This document shows, piece after piece, positions 32,526-41,945 of a stretch of 64,000 nt of DNA. This stretch comes from Bryobacteraceae bacterium (GTDB taxonomy: Bacteria; Acidobacteriota; Terriglobia; Bryobacterales; Bryobacteraceae). The notes below the pieces were generated by a model, which was not told the origin of the DNA, did not search any database, and worked only from the letters and a program-made list of their open reading frames with translations. The number at the start of each line of letters is the position of its first letter. Within the stretch, counting starts at the first letter, position 1. The stretch covers positions 14,448 through 78,447 of the forward strand of contig DATJRE010000239.1 in assembly GCA_035505095.1 (NCBI GenBank), given 5' to 3'. Both the position numbers and the translations under genes were made by a program.

Positions 32526-32830
32526 CGTCCTATTCTAGCGAGGCGCGGCGGCTGGTGAGAGGACGGCTCACCGCAGCTTGCAATCGCACACCATCAGCAC
32601 GCAGGCGCTTCCAAGCAGCCCGAGGCCGATCAAAACCACCAGCAGTTTTCCGAACCAGATTCCTCGTGGGCCGGCCCCGCGCCGGTGGACGCGAGCAGTG
32701 CGCCGGCGCCTAGGGGCGCAGCCATGCGGCAAGAGCCGCCGCCTGCAAGGGTGGCGCCACACCATCCCTGCCGATCTCTGTTTCCGCCACCCGCACAGGG
32801 CAGGTCCAAAAGCACCGCACTGTACAATAA

Positions 32831-34384
32831 ATGATCGCGCCCATGGCATTTCTTTCCGCTCGCGAGCGTTCGCTGCTCGAATCGATTTCCCGTCTCGGGT
32901 ATGCCAATCCCTTTCTGCCGGAGCGGGTGGAATTGGAACGCGCCGTCCTGGGCGCGGCCTTCCAGGAAGGCGAACCGGTGTGGAGCTACCGCGCCGGCGA
33001 GCAGGGAACCCGCGTCAACGTGGTGCGCGTGCAGCAGGTGCTGGAACCGCTGCTCGAAGCCCTGCGCCCGCGCCTGTCCGAAGGCGGGACCACGGAAACC
33101 GAGCTGGTGTGGTACGAAGACGCCGTGATGCTGCTCCTGTTCACCCGCTACCACGGGCAGTTTTTGGAAGCCGGCTTCGGGCCGCGGGCGGATTCGCCGA
33201 ACCCGGCGCGGTGGCGCTTCTACAACCAGTTCCTGGCGGACTGGCGGCGCTTTTTTCACCTCGACGGTGTGAGCTTCCCGACGGGGCACGATCCCTGCCA
33301 CACCTTTGCCTGCTTCCGCCAGATCCAGCGGGCCTTCGAGTTGGTCTTCCGCGACATCATCGGCAGCTCGCTGGCGGCGGCGCGGCTGCGCGGGGCGATC
33401 TGGCAATCCATCTTCACCCACGACATGCGGCGCTACCGCCGCACACTCTACGCACGCATGGGCGAGTTCGCCACGCTGATCACGGGGCCTTCGGGAACCG
33501 GCAAAGAGCTGGCCGCGCGCTCTATCGCGGAATCGCGCTACGCGCCATTCGACGACCAGAAACTGGTGTTTGCCAATGATGGGGCGAAGTCGTTCTTCCC
33601 GATCAACATCTCGGCGCTCTCGCCGGCCCTGGTGGAGTCCGAGCTGTTCGGGCACCGCCGCGGCGCCTTCACCGGCGCGATTGCCGACCGCAAGGGGCAT
33701 CTGGAAACCTGTCCCGGGCTGGGCTCGGTATTTCTGGACGAGCTGGGCGATCTGGACCCGGCCATCCAGGTGAAGCTGCTGCGGGTGATTGAAACGCGCA
33801 CATTCCATCCGGTGGGCGATACCGCGCGGCTGGAGTTTCGCGGCAAGCTGATCACCGCCACCAACCGCAACCTGGCGGAGCTGATGCGGAAGGGCCAGTT
33901 TCGCGAGGATCTCTACTACCGGTTGTGCTCGGACCAGGTGACCACGCCGTCCCTGGCCGAGCAACTGGCGGATTCGCCGGCCGTGCTGAACGAGCTGGTG
34001 GGGTACATGGCGCGGCGCGTGGCGGGCGCCGAGGGCGACGAACTGGGCGGCGAAGTGATGGGCTGGATCGAGGCCAACCTGGGGCCGGATTACCCTTGGC
34101 CGGGGAATTACCGCGAGCTGGAGCAGTGCGTGAAGAACGTGCTGATCCGGCGCAATTACCGGCCCTCGGGAGGCGGCGCGGCGGGCGTGCTCGAAGGGTT
34201 CGCGGAGGAAGTCCGCGCCGGGCGCCTGACTGCCGATGAGCTGCTGGTGCGGTATGTCACTCTGGTGTACAGCCGGACGCGCAGTTACGAAGCCGCCGCG
34301 CGGCAGTTGGGCTTGGATCGCAGGACCGTGAAGGCCAAAGTGGATGCGCGCTTTTTGGAAAAGCTGGGGCGCACGCCGCTTTGA
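32831..34384 (+). CDS. sigma54-dependent transcriptional activator (bEBP) with uncharacterised N-terminal domain
   Basis: Walker A GPSGTGKELAARSIA. GAFTGA loop ESELFGHRRGAFTGA. Walker B VFLDELGDL. C-terminal HTH SYEAAARQLGLDRRTVKAKV. Confidence 0.85.
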   Translation: MIAPMAFLSARERSLLESISRLGYANPFLPERVELERAVLGAAFQEGEPVWSYRAGEQGTRVNVVRVQQVLEPLLEALRPRLSEGGTTETELVWYEDAVMLLLFTRYHGQFLEAGFGPRADSPNPARWRFYNQFLADWRRFFHLDGVSFPTGHDPCHTFACFRQIQRAFELVFRDIIGSSLAAARLRGAIWQSIFTHDMRRYRRTLYARMGEFATLITGPSGTGKELAARSIAESRYAPFDDQKLVFANDGAKSFFPINISALSPALVESELFGHRRGAFTGAIADRKGHLETCPGLGSVFLDELGDLDPAIQVKLLRVIETRTFHPVGDTARLEFRGKLITATNRNLAELMRKGQFREDLYYRLCSDQVTTPSLAEQLADSPAVLNELVGYMARRVAGAEGDELGGEVMGWIEANLGPDYPWPGNYRELEQCVKNVLIRRNYRPSGGGAAGVLEGFAEEVRAGRLTADELLVRYVTLVYSRTRSYEAAARQLGLDRRTVKAKVDARFLEKLGRTPL

Positions 34385-34404
34385 CCCGTGGCGGGCAGCA
34401 ACCG

Positions 34405-34791
34405 CTACCGCGGCTTGTACGCGACGGCGTCGATCTCGATTTTGGCGTCCTTCAGCGGCAGAGCGGCCACGATGATGGTGGTGCGGGCGGGCTTCGACGC
34501 GCCGAAGAATTCCGCGTACACCTCATTCATGGCCTGGAAATCGGCAACATTGGTGAGGTACACGCCGCAGCGGACTACGTCGGCCATGGTGGCGCCGCAG
34601 CCATCCAGGATGTTCTTGATGTTGGTGAGCACCTGGCGGGTTTCGGTCTGCACATCGCCCAGCACCAACTGGCCGGTCACCGCGTCAATCGGCACCTGCC
34701 CGGCTACGTAGATGGTGTCGCCCGCCCGCACGGCTGGGGAATAGGGACCGCGCGGCTGCGGCGCTCCCGGAGGAAAAATGCGCTCGATCAT
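34405..34791 (-). CDS. RidA/YjgF family reactive-intermediate deaminase
   Basis: 128 aa. PRGPYSPAVRAGDTIYVAGQVPID...TRQVLTNIKNIL...ARTTIIVAALPLKDAKIEIDAVA. Confidence 0.9.
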   Translation of the reverse strand: MIERIFPPGAPQPRGPYSPAVRAGDTIYVAGQVPIDAVTGQLVLGDVQTETRQVLTNIKNILDGCGATMADVVRCGVYLTNVADFQAMNEVYAEFFGASKPARTTIIVAALPLKDAKIEIDAVAYKPR

Positions 34792-34799
34792 GAATTTTA

Positions 34800-35720
34800 T
34801 TATCCTTCCGCTTCCAGGTAACGTTCGACTTCAATGGCCGCCATGCAGCCGGCGCCGGAGGCCGTGATGGCCTGGCGGTAAACGCGATCCTGCACATCGC
34901 CGGCATGGAAAACGCCGGGGATGTTGGTGCGCGCGCCGCCTTTCGAAAGGATATAGCCGTCCGGGTCGGTTTCGATCTGGCCCTTGAAAATCTTGGTGTT
35001 GGGGATGTGGCCGATGGCCACGAAGAAGCCGTCCACATCGCGGTCCCACACCTCGCCGGTCTTCAGGTTGCGGAGGCGCACACCCGTCACCATGTTCTGG
35101 GAGACGTCGAAGACGTGTTCCACGGCGGCGTTGGTGAGGAACTGGATTTTGGGATTGCGGCGCGCGCGGTCGAGCATGATCTTGGACGCGCGAAACTCTT
35201 CGCGCCGGTGTACCAGGGTGACTTCGCTGCCGAACCGCGTCAGGAAATTCGCCTCTTCCATGGCCGAATCGCCGCCTCCCACCACCATGATCTTCTTCCC
35301 ACGGTAAAAAAAGCCGTCGCAGGTGGCGCACGAGCTGACCCCGCGGCCGATGAGCTTCTGCTCGGATTCCAGGCCGAGCCATCGCGCCGAAGCGCCGGAG
35401 GCGATGATCACGGTGCGCGTTTCGAGCCAGTCGCCCTCCACGTTGAGGCGGAACGGGTGGCCCGAAAAATCGGTGTCGATGACGGCTCCGTGCACGTACT
35501 CGGCGCCGAAATTCTCGGCCTGCTTCTTTATGTTTTCCACCAGGTCGGGGCCGTTGATGCCCTCGGGGAACCCGGGAAAATTCTCCACCAGGGTGGTGAG
35601 GGAAAGCTGGCCGCCGGCTTCGTGGCCGCCGATGACCAGGGGTTTGAGATTGGCACGCGCAGTATAGATCGCGGCCGTGTTCCCGGCACAACCGGACCCT
35701 ATAATAATGACGTTTCGCAT
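34800..35720 (-). CDS. trxB: thioredoxin-disulfide reductase
   Basis: Start MRNVIIIGSGCAGNTAAIY (FAD GxGxxG). Redox CATCDG. NADPH site VVGGGDSAMEEA. C-terminal GVFHAGDVQD. Confidence 0.9.
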   Translation of the reverse strand: MRNVIIIGSGCAGNTAAIYTARANLKPLVIGGHEAGGQLSLTTLVENFPGFPEGINGPDLVENIKKQAENFGAEYVHGAVIDTDFSGHPFRLNVEGDWLETRTVIIASGASARWLGLESEQKLIGRGVSSCATCDGFFYRGKKIMVVGGGDSAMEEANFLTRFGSEVTLVHRREEFRASKIMLDRARRNPKIQFLTNAAVEHVFDVSQNMVTGVRLRNLKTGEVWDRDVDGFFVAIGHIPNTKIFKGQIETDPDGYILSKGGARTNIPGVFHAGDVQDRVYRQAITASGAGCMAAIEVERYLEAEG

Positions 35721-35858
35721 CTGAATTCGGGCAGAAATACAGGGTAACACGCGCGCGGCAAAATTCTGTCACGGCGGCAGGAAGATGGCGGGTCGGTAAG
35801 TGCCGCGGCCTTTGTTTTGTGTGGCTTGGAGTGGACGCGAAAATGCCATTCCAGTGGC

Positions 35859-36512
35859 ATGAACGTCAATGCGCTTTCCAACATTGCCAATCCTTATATT
35901 CAGTCGCTCACCAACGCAGCCATGTCCGCGCTGAACTCATCTCAGTCCCCAACCGGCACCAGCGGGATCTCGGGGTCCGCCGCGCTTCCGCAGGACAGCT
36001 CGCCGCAGCTTTCGCCTTTCGCCCAACTGATGAGCACACTGCAACAGCTTCAGCAGAATAGCCCAACGCAATATGCGCAGGTGACGCAGCAGATTGCGGC
36101 CAACCTGCAATCGGCGTCGCAGACCGCGCTCGCCAACGGGAACACCGTGCAGGCGCAACAGCTCAGCACGCTCTCGAACGATTTCACCAGCGCCTCCACG
36201 AACGACCAGCTTCCCAACATCTCCGATCTGGCGCAGGCCATGGGTGGCGGGCACCATCACCACCACGGCTCGGGGGCCCACTCGTCCTCGTCCAGCATCG
36301 CGAGCGGCACTTCCACGAATTCGACCGGTTCCGGCACTGCGGCCGGTTCCACCGGTTCCAGCAGTTCGACCGGCAGCACCAGCACCGCGAGTGAAACCCT
36401 GAGCCAGTTATTCGGAGCGTATACCAACAATGACTCAGAAGGCGAAGCCCTGAATCCGTTGAACATCATTCTGGGCACGCTGGCGAACGACGGAATCAGC
36501 CTGGGGAATTAG
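35859..36512 (+). CDS. low-complexity Ser/Thr/Gln-rich hypothetical protein with a native His5 tract
   Basis: 217 aa from MNVNALSNIANPYIQ. Q/S/T/N-rich, with GGGHHHHHGSG followed by S/T/G runs. Visibly lower GC than neighbouring genes. No signal peptide or TM seen. Confidence 0.5.
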   Translation: MNVNALSNIANPYIQSLTNAAMSALNSSQSPTGTSGISGSAALPQDSSPQLSPFAQLMSTLQQLQQNSPTQYAQVTQQIAANLQSASQTALANGNTVQAQQLSTLSNDFTSASTNDQLPNISDLAQAMGGGHHHHHGSGAHSSSSSIASGTSTNSTGSGTAAGSTGSSSSTGSTSTASETLSQLFGAYTNNDSEGEALNPLNIILGTLANDGISLGN

Positions 36513-36527
36513 AGCCCTGGCGCCTTT

Positions 36528-38336
36528 TTATTTCTGCGACGCGGCGTGCCGGGCGCGGAAGGGCAGCCGGATGCGCAGGACGCGCTCCCGGCGGCGCTCC
36601 TCTTCGAGCGTGCGGGTGCGGGCGCGCAGCAGGTCTTCGAGAGAGACCATGCCTGCCAGGCGGCGCGCGTCCGAGCGTTCCACCACCGGCAAGCGGGTCA
36701 GCCCGGTTTCGGCCATGCGATAGACCACCACACGCAACGGCTCATCGGGGTACGCCACCACCGGATCCGGGCGCGCCAGATCGCCCAGCGCCAGATCGGC
36801 GGTGGGTTCCTGCAGTAGCTTGCCCAGGTGGCTGCGGGTGATCACGCCCACCAGGCGCCGCGCTCCGTCCACCACAGGATAGAGGAACTGGCCGCGGCGG
36901 CCATCGTTCGCCGTCAGGTCGGCCAGTTGAGCGCACTTCAACGGAGCGGGCAGCGCCAGGATATTGTCGCGCATCACGTCGCGGACCAGGAGGATTTCGA
37001 GCGGGTCCACGGCGTATTCGCAGCTCAAATGGTAGCCGCGGCGGGCCACCTTTTCCGTGAGGATCGAGTGGCGCAAGGTGAGAACCGTAAAGGCATGCGC
37101 CATGGTCACCGCCAGCAAGAGCGGAACCAGCATGTTCACATCGTGAGTCACCTCCAAGGCGAAGATTACGCCCGTGAAGGGCGAACGCAGGGTTCCGCCG
37201 AGGGTTGCCCCCATACTGACCAACGGCCAGAAGCCGGCGCCTTCGTGGGGCAGGAACATGGCTTCGATGCCGCCCAGCGCACCGCCCACCATGAGCAACG
37301 GCGCCAGCACGCCGCCGGAAGTGCCCGACCCCAGCGAAAGGGCCCAAATGGCCGATTTCACCACCAGAATGCCCAGGATCATGGTGCGCGGCACGTCGCC
37401 CTGAAGCAGCGCGCCGATGGTATCGTAGCCCACGCCCAAAGCCTGGGGAAAGACCAGCCCGCCGAGTCCGATCGCCAGGCCTCCCAATGCGGGCCACCAC
37501 ATCCAATGGATTGGAAGCAGGCGGAAGAAGTCTTCCGACGCGTACACCGCCAGGGTCAGAAGGGCCGCCAGGCCGCCCGCCAGCAGGCCGGCCACCACGC
37601 AGCCGAGCAGACCCTGCGGTCCGATAAAGACCGGGTGCGGGGGAACCGGAAAGAGCGGTCCGGTTCCCAGCAGATACCGCCGCGCGGCCGCCGCCGTGAC
37701 GCTGGCCAGAGCTACCGGAACCAGGCTGCGCGGCTTCCATTCGAACAGCAGCAGCTCCACGGCCAGCAGCACGGCCGCCACCGGCGCGGCAAAAGTGGCC
37801 GACATGCCTCCCGCGGCGCCTGCGACCAGCAGCGTCTTTCGCTCGGCGGCCGAAAGGTGGAACAGTTGCGCGATCATGGAACCGAAAGCGCCACCGGTCA
37901 TGATGATGGGTCCTTCCGCGCCGAACGGCCCGCCCGAGCCGATGGAAATGGCGCTCGACAGCGGCTTCAGGATGGCGACCCGGGGCTCCACTTTGCTGCC
38001 GTTGATCAGGATGGCCTCGATGGCTTCGGGAATGCCGTGGCCGCGGATGCGTTCCGAGCCATAGCGCGCCATCAGCCCGACGATCAGCGCGCCGGCCACC
38101 GGAACAGCCACTTCCCATGGGCCCAGCCGGTTGGCCGCGGGCGAAACCAGCAGGGTGCTCCAGCGCCCGAAGAAGAACAGGTTGGTGAACAATCCGATCA
38201 GGCGCAGCAGAGCCAGGGCGATATAGGCGCTGGCCAGCCCGATGGCAACGGCCAGCGAGGCAATCCAGGCCACCCGCCCGGTCGTGGTGAAATCCCCCAG
38301 CTTTTCCGTGGAACCGGCCGCATTGCCCGTGGTCAT
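36528..38336 (-). CDS. ClC-family chloride channel/antiporter with C-terminal CBS pair
   Basis: GSGGPFGAEGPII (GxEGP selectivity motif), GSGTSGGVLAPLL (GxFxP-like region), and a C-terminal CBS-like region VRDVMRDNILAL...VGVITRSHL... Confidence 0.85.
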   Translation of the reverse strand: MTTGNAAGSTEKLGDFTTTGRVAWIASLAVAIGLASAYIALALLRLIGLFTNLFFFGRWSTLLVSPAANRLGPWEVAVPVAGALIVGLMARYGSERIRGHGIPEAIEAILINGSKVEPRVAILKPLSSAISIGSGGPFGAEGPIIMTGGAFGSMIAQLFHLSAAERKTLLVAGAAGGMSATFAAPVAAVLLAVELLLFEWKPRSLVPVALASVTAAAARRYLLGTGPLFPVPPHPVFIGPQGLLGCVVAGLLAGGLAALLTLAVYASEDFFRLLPIHWMWWPALGGLAIGLGGLVFPQALGVGYDTIGALLQGDVPRTMILGILVVKSAIWALSLGSGTSGGVLAPLLMVGGALGGIEAMFLPHEGAGFWPLVSMGATLGGTLRSPFTGVIFALEVTHDVNMLVPLLLAVTMAHAFTVLTLRHSILTEKVARRGYHLSCEYAVDPLEILLVRDVMRDNILALPAPLKCAQLADLTANDGRRGQFLYPVVDGARRLVGVITRSHLGKLLQEPTADLALGDLARPDPVVAYPDEPLRVVVYRMAETGLTRLPVVERSDARRLAGMVSLEDLLRARTRTLEEERRRERVLRIRLPFRARHAASQK

Positions 38337-38761
38337 GCGCGCTGCTCCAGGAGGCCGCGGAGGGTTTCCACCAGCGCCGGCCCGCTCTGGCGCAATTCCT
38401 CGCGGTGAATGCGGGACAGGTGGTGCAGCTTTCGGCAGCCGGCCGGGGTCAGGCGGACGCGCACCTGGCGGCGATCCTCTCCGCCGCGCAGACGCTCCAC
38501 CAGACCGCGTTCGGCCAGGCGGTCAATCATGCCCACCGCGCTGTGATGGCGGATGAACAGATATTCGGCGAGTTGCCCGACGGTCGGGGGCGCCGAAGGC
38601 TCCTCCAGCCCGCGGATCGCCAGCAGCATCTGATGTTGTTGCGGCTCCAGTCCTTCGGTTTTGGCGGCCTCTTCGCTGAAGTGCAGGAACCGGCGAATCT
38701 GATAGCGGAAAGCGCTTAAGGAACGGTAATCGCAGTCGGTCAGGACTTGGGTTTCGGGCAC
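38333..38761 (-). CDS. MarR family transcriptional regulator
   Basis: 142 aa. LEPQQHQMLLAIRGL...TVGQLAEYLFIRHHSAVGMIDRLAERGLVERLRGGEDRRQVRVRLTPAG. ATGA overlap with the ClC start. Confidence 0.8.
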   Translation of the reverse strand: MPETQVLTDCDYRSLSAFRYQIRRFLHFSEEAAKTEGLEPQQHQMLLAIRGLEEPSAPPTVGQLAEYLFIRHHSAVGMIDRLAERGLVERLRGGEDRRQVRVRLTPAGCRKLHHLSRIHREELRQSGPALVETLRGLLEQRA

Positions 38762-38770
38762 ATTTCAATT

Positions 38771-38787
38771 ATATCGTAAAGCGATAT
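38771..38787. promoter_or_regulatory. AT-rich dyad ATATCG-N5-CGATAT next to a TATAAT hexamer 4 nt from the MarR start codon
   Basis: The minus strand reads ...aaATATCGctttaCGATATAATtgaaATG. TATAAT corresponds to 38768-38773 on the plus strand. No SD element is present. Confidence 0.3.
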
Positions 38788-38972
38788 TTCAGGCGGAGCA
38801 TCGATGAGGCGGAAAGCCGCCAGGCACGCGCCGATCGCTAAAGCCACCGATAGAACCGCAGCGGCGGACGCCACCCGGTTCTTGCGAATCGCCGCCAGCC
38901 GAACACGTCATCGGCATTGAGCGACGCGAGCCAAGCGGCCAAACGGGACCATAACGGCATAGCGATGGTTCC

Positions 38973-41618
38973 TTACTCGGAGCGCAGCATGGCCACCGGG
39001 TCGATCTGTACCGCGTGGAATACCGCCGGCAGTGCGGCCCCCAAGGCAACCGCCAGAATAGCCAGCGACGGGAGCGCCAGCATGACGGGATCGCCGGGCC
39101 GCACCTGGTAGAGTAGCGCCTCCAGATACCGCCCCGAGGCCATACCCAGTGCCAGACCGGCCGCGGCCCCGGCGCCGACCATCAGGAAGACTTCCGCGGT
39201 AACCCGCCGGGCGATATCGCCGGCCTGCGCGCCGATGGCGATGCGAATCCCGATTTCGCGCCGCCGCGCGAGCACTGAGTAATCCAGCACGCCGTAGAGA
39301 CCAATGCCCGCCAGCACCAGCGCGACCGCCCCGAAGAAGAGCGCCAGCATGGCCAGCAAACGCTCACGCACGGTCTGGCCGCGAACAATTTCGGCTTCGG
39401 TGCCGATTTCGCTGACGCGGAAATCCGGCCGCGCCTCGGGCACCGCGCGGCGCATGGTGGAGGCGAGCGCCAGCGGGTTCGCCGCGGCGGTGCGTACCAG
39501 GATGGCGGCACTGCCGATGGGCCGGAAGGCGCCCTTCCCATCGATGCCGCGAAAGGGAGTATACGCCACCGGCAGAATCGGCTCGTGCAGGCTGCGGTAG
39601 GGGCTGTCGGGAACCACTCCGGTTACTTGATAAACATTGGCCCCCCTCGCGAAAGTCTTTCCGATGGGACTCTCCCCATGGAAGAACTGCCGGACGAATG
39701 TCTGGTTGATGATCGCCGCGCCGGGAGTGGTCTCGTCCGGGCGGAATGGCCGCCCCTCAATCAGCGGAATCTTCATGGTGTCGAGCCAGCCGGGCGAGAC
39801 TGGCAGAAAGTAAGCCAGAACCGGGCCGGGCGGCGCACCGTCGATCGACACGAAGCTATTGGTGGAGTTCCCGGTCAGCAAGGGCCATCCGGCCAGGGCC
39901 ACCTTCTCCACGCCGGGCACCCCGCGCAGGCGATCGGCCACCTGCTCCCAGACCACCGGCGGCTGGGGACGCGACGGAATCACCGTGAGCGTCAGAATTC
40001 GATCCGCGGAGAAGCCCAGGGGCCGGTGCGATAACCGGTCGAAGGTGGCCACGAACAGCCCGGCGACGAACAGCACCAGAATGCAGAAGGCGGCCTGCGC
40101 CGCGATCAGCAAATGCATCAGGCGCCGCCGCGCGTGCGGGTCTTGGCCGCCTTTGAGGGCGCTCGCGGGTCGGGTGGCCGAAGCGCGCAACGCCGGAGCC
40201 AGGCCCAAGAGCACGGTGACCAGCACGGCCAGGGCCGCGCCGAATCCCCACACGCGCCAGTCGGCCGGCAGCGCCAGCCGCACCGGATGCCCGGGCGAGC
40301 CAATGCGGCCCACTACGAACGGCGCGGCCCACCAGGCGAACAACGCGCCGGTCGCGGCGGCCAGAGCGGCCAGCATGGCGCTTTCCACCATCACCAGTTG
40401 CACCAGGCGCCCGCGCCCCGCGCCGATGGAGACACGCAGCGCCATTTCGCGGGCCCGCGCGGCGGCCTGGGCCATCATCAGATTCGCCACATTGGCGCAG
40501 GCAATCAACAGCACCAGGATCACCAGCACGCCGCCCGCCAGCAGGCCGCGGCGGTATTGCTCCTGTAAGTCGGAAAACCCCGCGGCGGCCGGCTCCAGGA
40601 TGACGGTGTTGTCGATGAACTGCTCGATGAACTTCTTCGTCATCCCGGTGAAGCCCTTGGCCCGCTCCCTTTCGAAGGCGCGCGAAGTGGCATCCAGCCG
40701 TGCGCGGAGCGGTTCCAAGGCGGTGCCCGGGTAGACCCGCGCGAGCGTCCGAATCCAGGTGGTGTCGTCGCGCACGACCCGGGGATCCATCATCGTAGGA
40801 AGGAAAATGTCGGTCACGGTTCCGGTTTCCGTGCCGGTGAATGGCTGCGGACCGACGCCCACAATCTCGAAGAGCCGGTCATCCAGCCGAAAAGTGCGGC
40901 CGATCGCTTTGGGGTCGCGTGCGAAACGGCGCGACCAGTAGTCGTAGGAGAGCACCGCGTACGGATGCGCGCCCGGCTTCAAATCGTCGTCTTCGGTGAA
41001 CAGCCGCCCGAGCGCCGGCCGCAGCCCCAACGAACCGAACATCCACCCGGAAATATATTGCACGCAGGCCTTCTCCATATCCTGGTCCGACCCGTAGGTC
41101 AGATCGTTCCGCTCGGCATAGGAGACCGCGATCAACTCGGCCCGCCCTTTTACGGCCGCCCGCATCAGGCGGAAATCCGGATAAGCCCAGCCATCGAAGC
41201 TCTGCGGCCGGCCATCGAAACCGATTCCCTGCCGGGCGAGGGCGTACATTTGTTCCGGGTTGGCCACCGGCAGCGGACGCAGCAGCAGCGCATCGATCAG
41301 CCGGAAGGCCCCGGTGCAGGCCCCGATGGCCAGCGCCAGCGACAGCACCGCCGCGGCCGAGGTTACTTTGCGCTTGGTGAGCTGCCGCCAGCCGAAAACC
41401 GTATCCGCGCGCAGCGATTCCAGCCACGCCACCAGCCGGATGTCGCGGCTTTCTTCGCCCTGCCGCAGCAGGGAGCCGAAGGCTCGCCGCGCTTCGGCGG
41501 GATCGCGGCCCTCGGCGACGGCCTCCTCGATGTGCAAACGCTGTTCTTCGTCGATCTCGCGGCTCAACCGCTCGCCGCGAAGGGTATTGGCGATTCTCGA
41601 CCAAAGCGACATATTCAC
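38973..41618 (-). CDS. MacB-like duplicated ABC-transporter permease (ADOP-type; two MacB_PCD plus FtsX modules)
   Basis: 881 aa. N-terminal cytoplasmic helix, then TM-periplasmic domain-3TM, repeated twice. FtsX-type loop RRREIGIRIAIGAQAGDI and the first-half equivalent REMALRVSIGAGRGRL. Confidence 0.85.
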   Translation of the reverse strand: MNMSLWSRIANTLRGERLSREIDEEQRLHIEEAVAEGRDPAEARRAFGSLLRQGEESRDIRLVAWLESLRADTVFGWRQLTKRKVTSAAAVLSLALAIGACTGAFRLIDALLLRPLPVANPEQMYALARQGIGFDGRPQSFDGWAYPDFRLMRAAVKGRAELIAVSYAERNDLTYGSDQDMEKACVQYISGWMFGSLGLRPALGRLFTEDDDLKPGAHPYAVLSYDYWSRRFARDPKAIGRTFRLDDRLFEIVGVGPQPFTGTETGTVTDIFLPTMMDPRVVRDDTTWIRTLARVYPGTALEPLRARLDATSRAFERERAKGFTGMTKKFIEQFIDNTVILEPAAAGFSDLQEQYRRGLLAGGVLVILVLLIACANVANLMMAQAAARAREMALRVSIGAGRGRLVQLVMVESAMLAALAAATGALFAWWAAPFVVGRIGSPGHPVRLALPADWRVWGFGAALAVLVTVLLGLAPALRASATRPASALKGGQDPHARRRLMHLLIAAQAAFCILVLFVAGLFVATFDRLSHRPLGFSADRILTLTVIPSRPQPPVVWEQVADRLRGVPGVEKVALAGWPLLTGNSTNSFVSIDGAPPGPVLAYFLPVSPGWLDTMKIPLIEGRPFRPDETTPGAAIINQTFVRQFFHGESPIGKTFARGANVYQVTGVVPDSPYRSLHEPILPVAYTPFRGIDGKGAFRPIGSAAILVRTAAANPLALASTMRRAVPEARPDFRVSEIGTEAEIVRGQTVRERLLAMLALFFGAVALVLAGIGLYGVLDYSVLARRREIGIRIAIGAQAGDIARRVTAEVFLMVGAGAAAGLALGMASGRYLEALLYQVRPGDPVMLALPSLAILAVALGAALPAVFHAVQIDPVAMLRSE

Positions 41619-41944
41619 ACCGTCCTCAGCACCCGATTCACCGCTGCCGTCACCGCCTCCCAGCGCGACTCTTCGGCGTCAAGCTGCTTCCTGCCCGCGG
41701 CGGTCAATTCGTAGATGCGCGCCCGCCGCCCGGTGTCCTTGGTGATCCACTGGGCGCGGATCCAGCCTGCTTCCTCCATGCGGTGCAGCGCCGGATAGAG
41801 CGAGCCTTCCTCGGCGCGCAGCACCTCGCCGGACCAGTCCTTGATGGCCGTCATGATGGCGTACCCGTGCAGTTTCGGTCGGCGCGAGAGAATCTTCAAG
41901 ACCAGCAGATCGAGCGATCCCTGGAGCGAGTCGGTTTTCGGCAT
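41615..41944 (-). CDS. PadR family transcriptional regulator
   Basis: 109 aa. LDLLVLKILSRRPKLHGYAIMTAIKDWSGEVLRAEEGSLYPALHRMEEAGWI. The stop overlaps the permease start. Confidence 0.85.
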   Translation of the reverse strand: MPKTDSLQGSLDLLVLKILSRRPKLHGYAIMTAIKDWSGEVLRAEEGSLYPALHRMEEAGWIRAQWITKDTGRRARIYELTAAGRKQLDAEESRWEAVTAAVNRVLRTV

Positions 41945-41945
41945 A

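Noticed and set aside
32555-32585. Possible sigma54 -24/-12 promoter (cGGCTC...TTGCA) near the TonB receptor / activator divergent region
   Set aside because: The spacing between the GG and GC elements is 3 nt too long. The orientation points towards the activator gene rather than a plausible target.
36828-38408. 526-aa plus-strand ORF, and the similar long shadow ORFs 361..1383, 13405..14514, 53297..54577 and 32630..33964
   Set aside because: All lie opposite well-supported genes. Their translations are low-complexity Arg/Gly/His/Pro-rich with no motifs. These are typical high-GC shadow ORFs.
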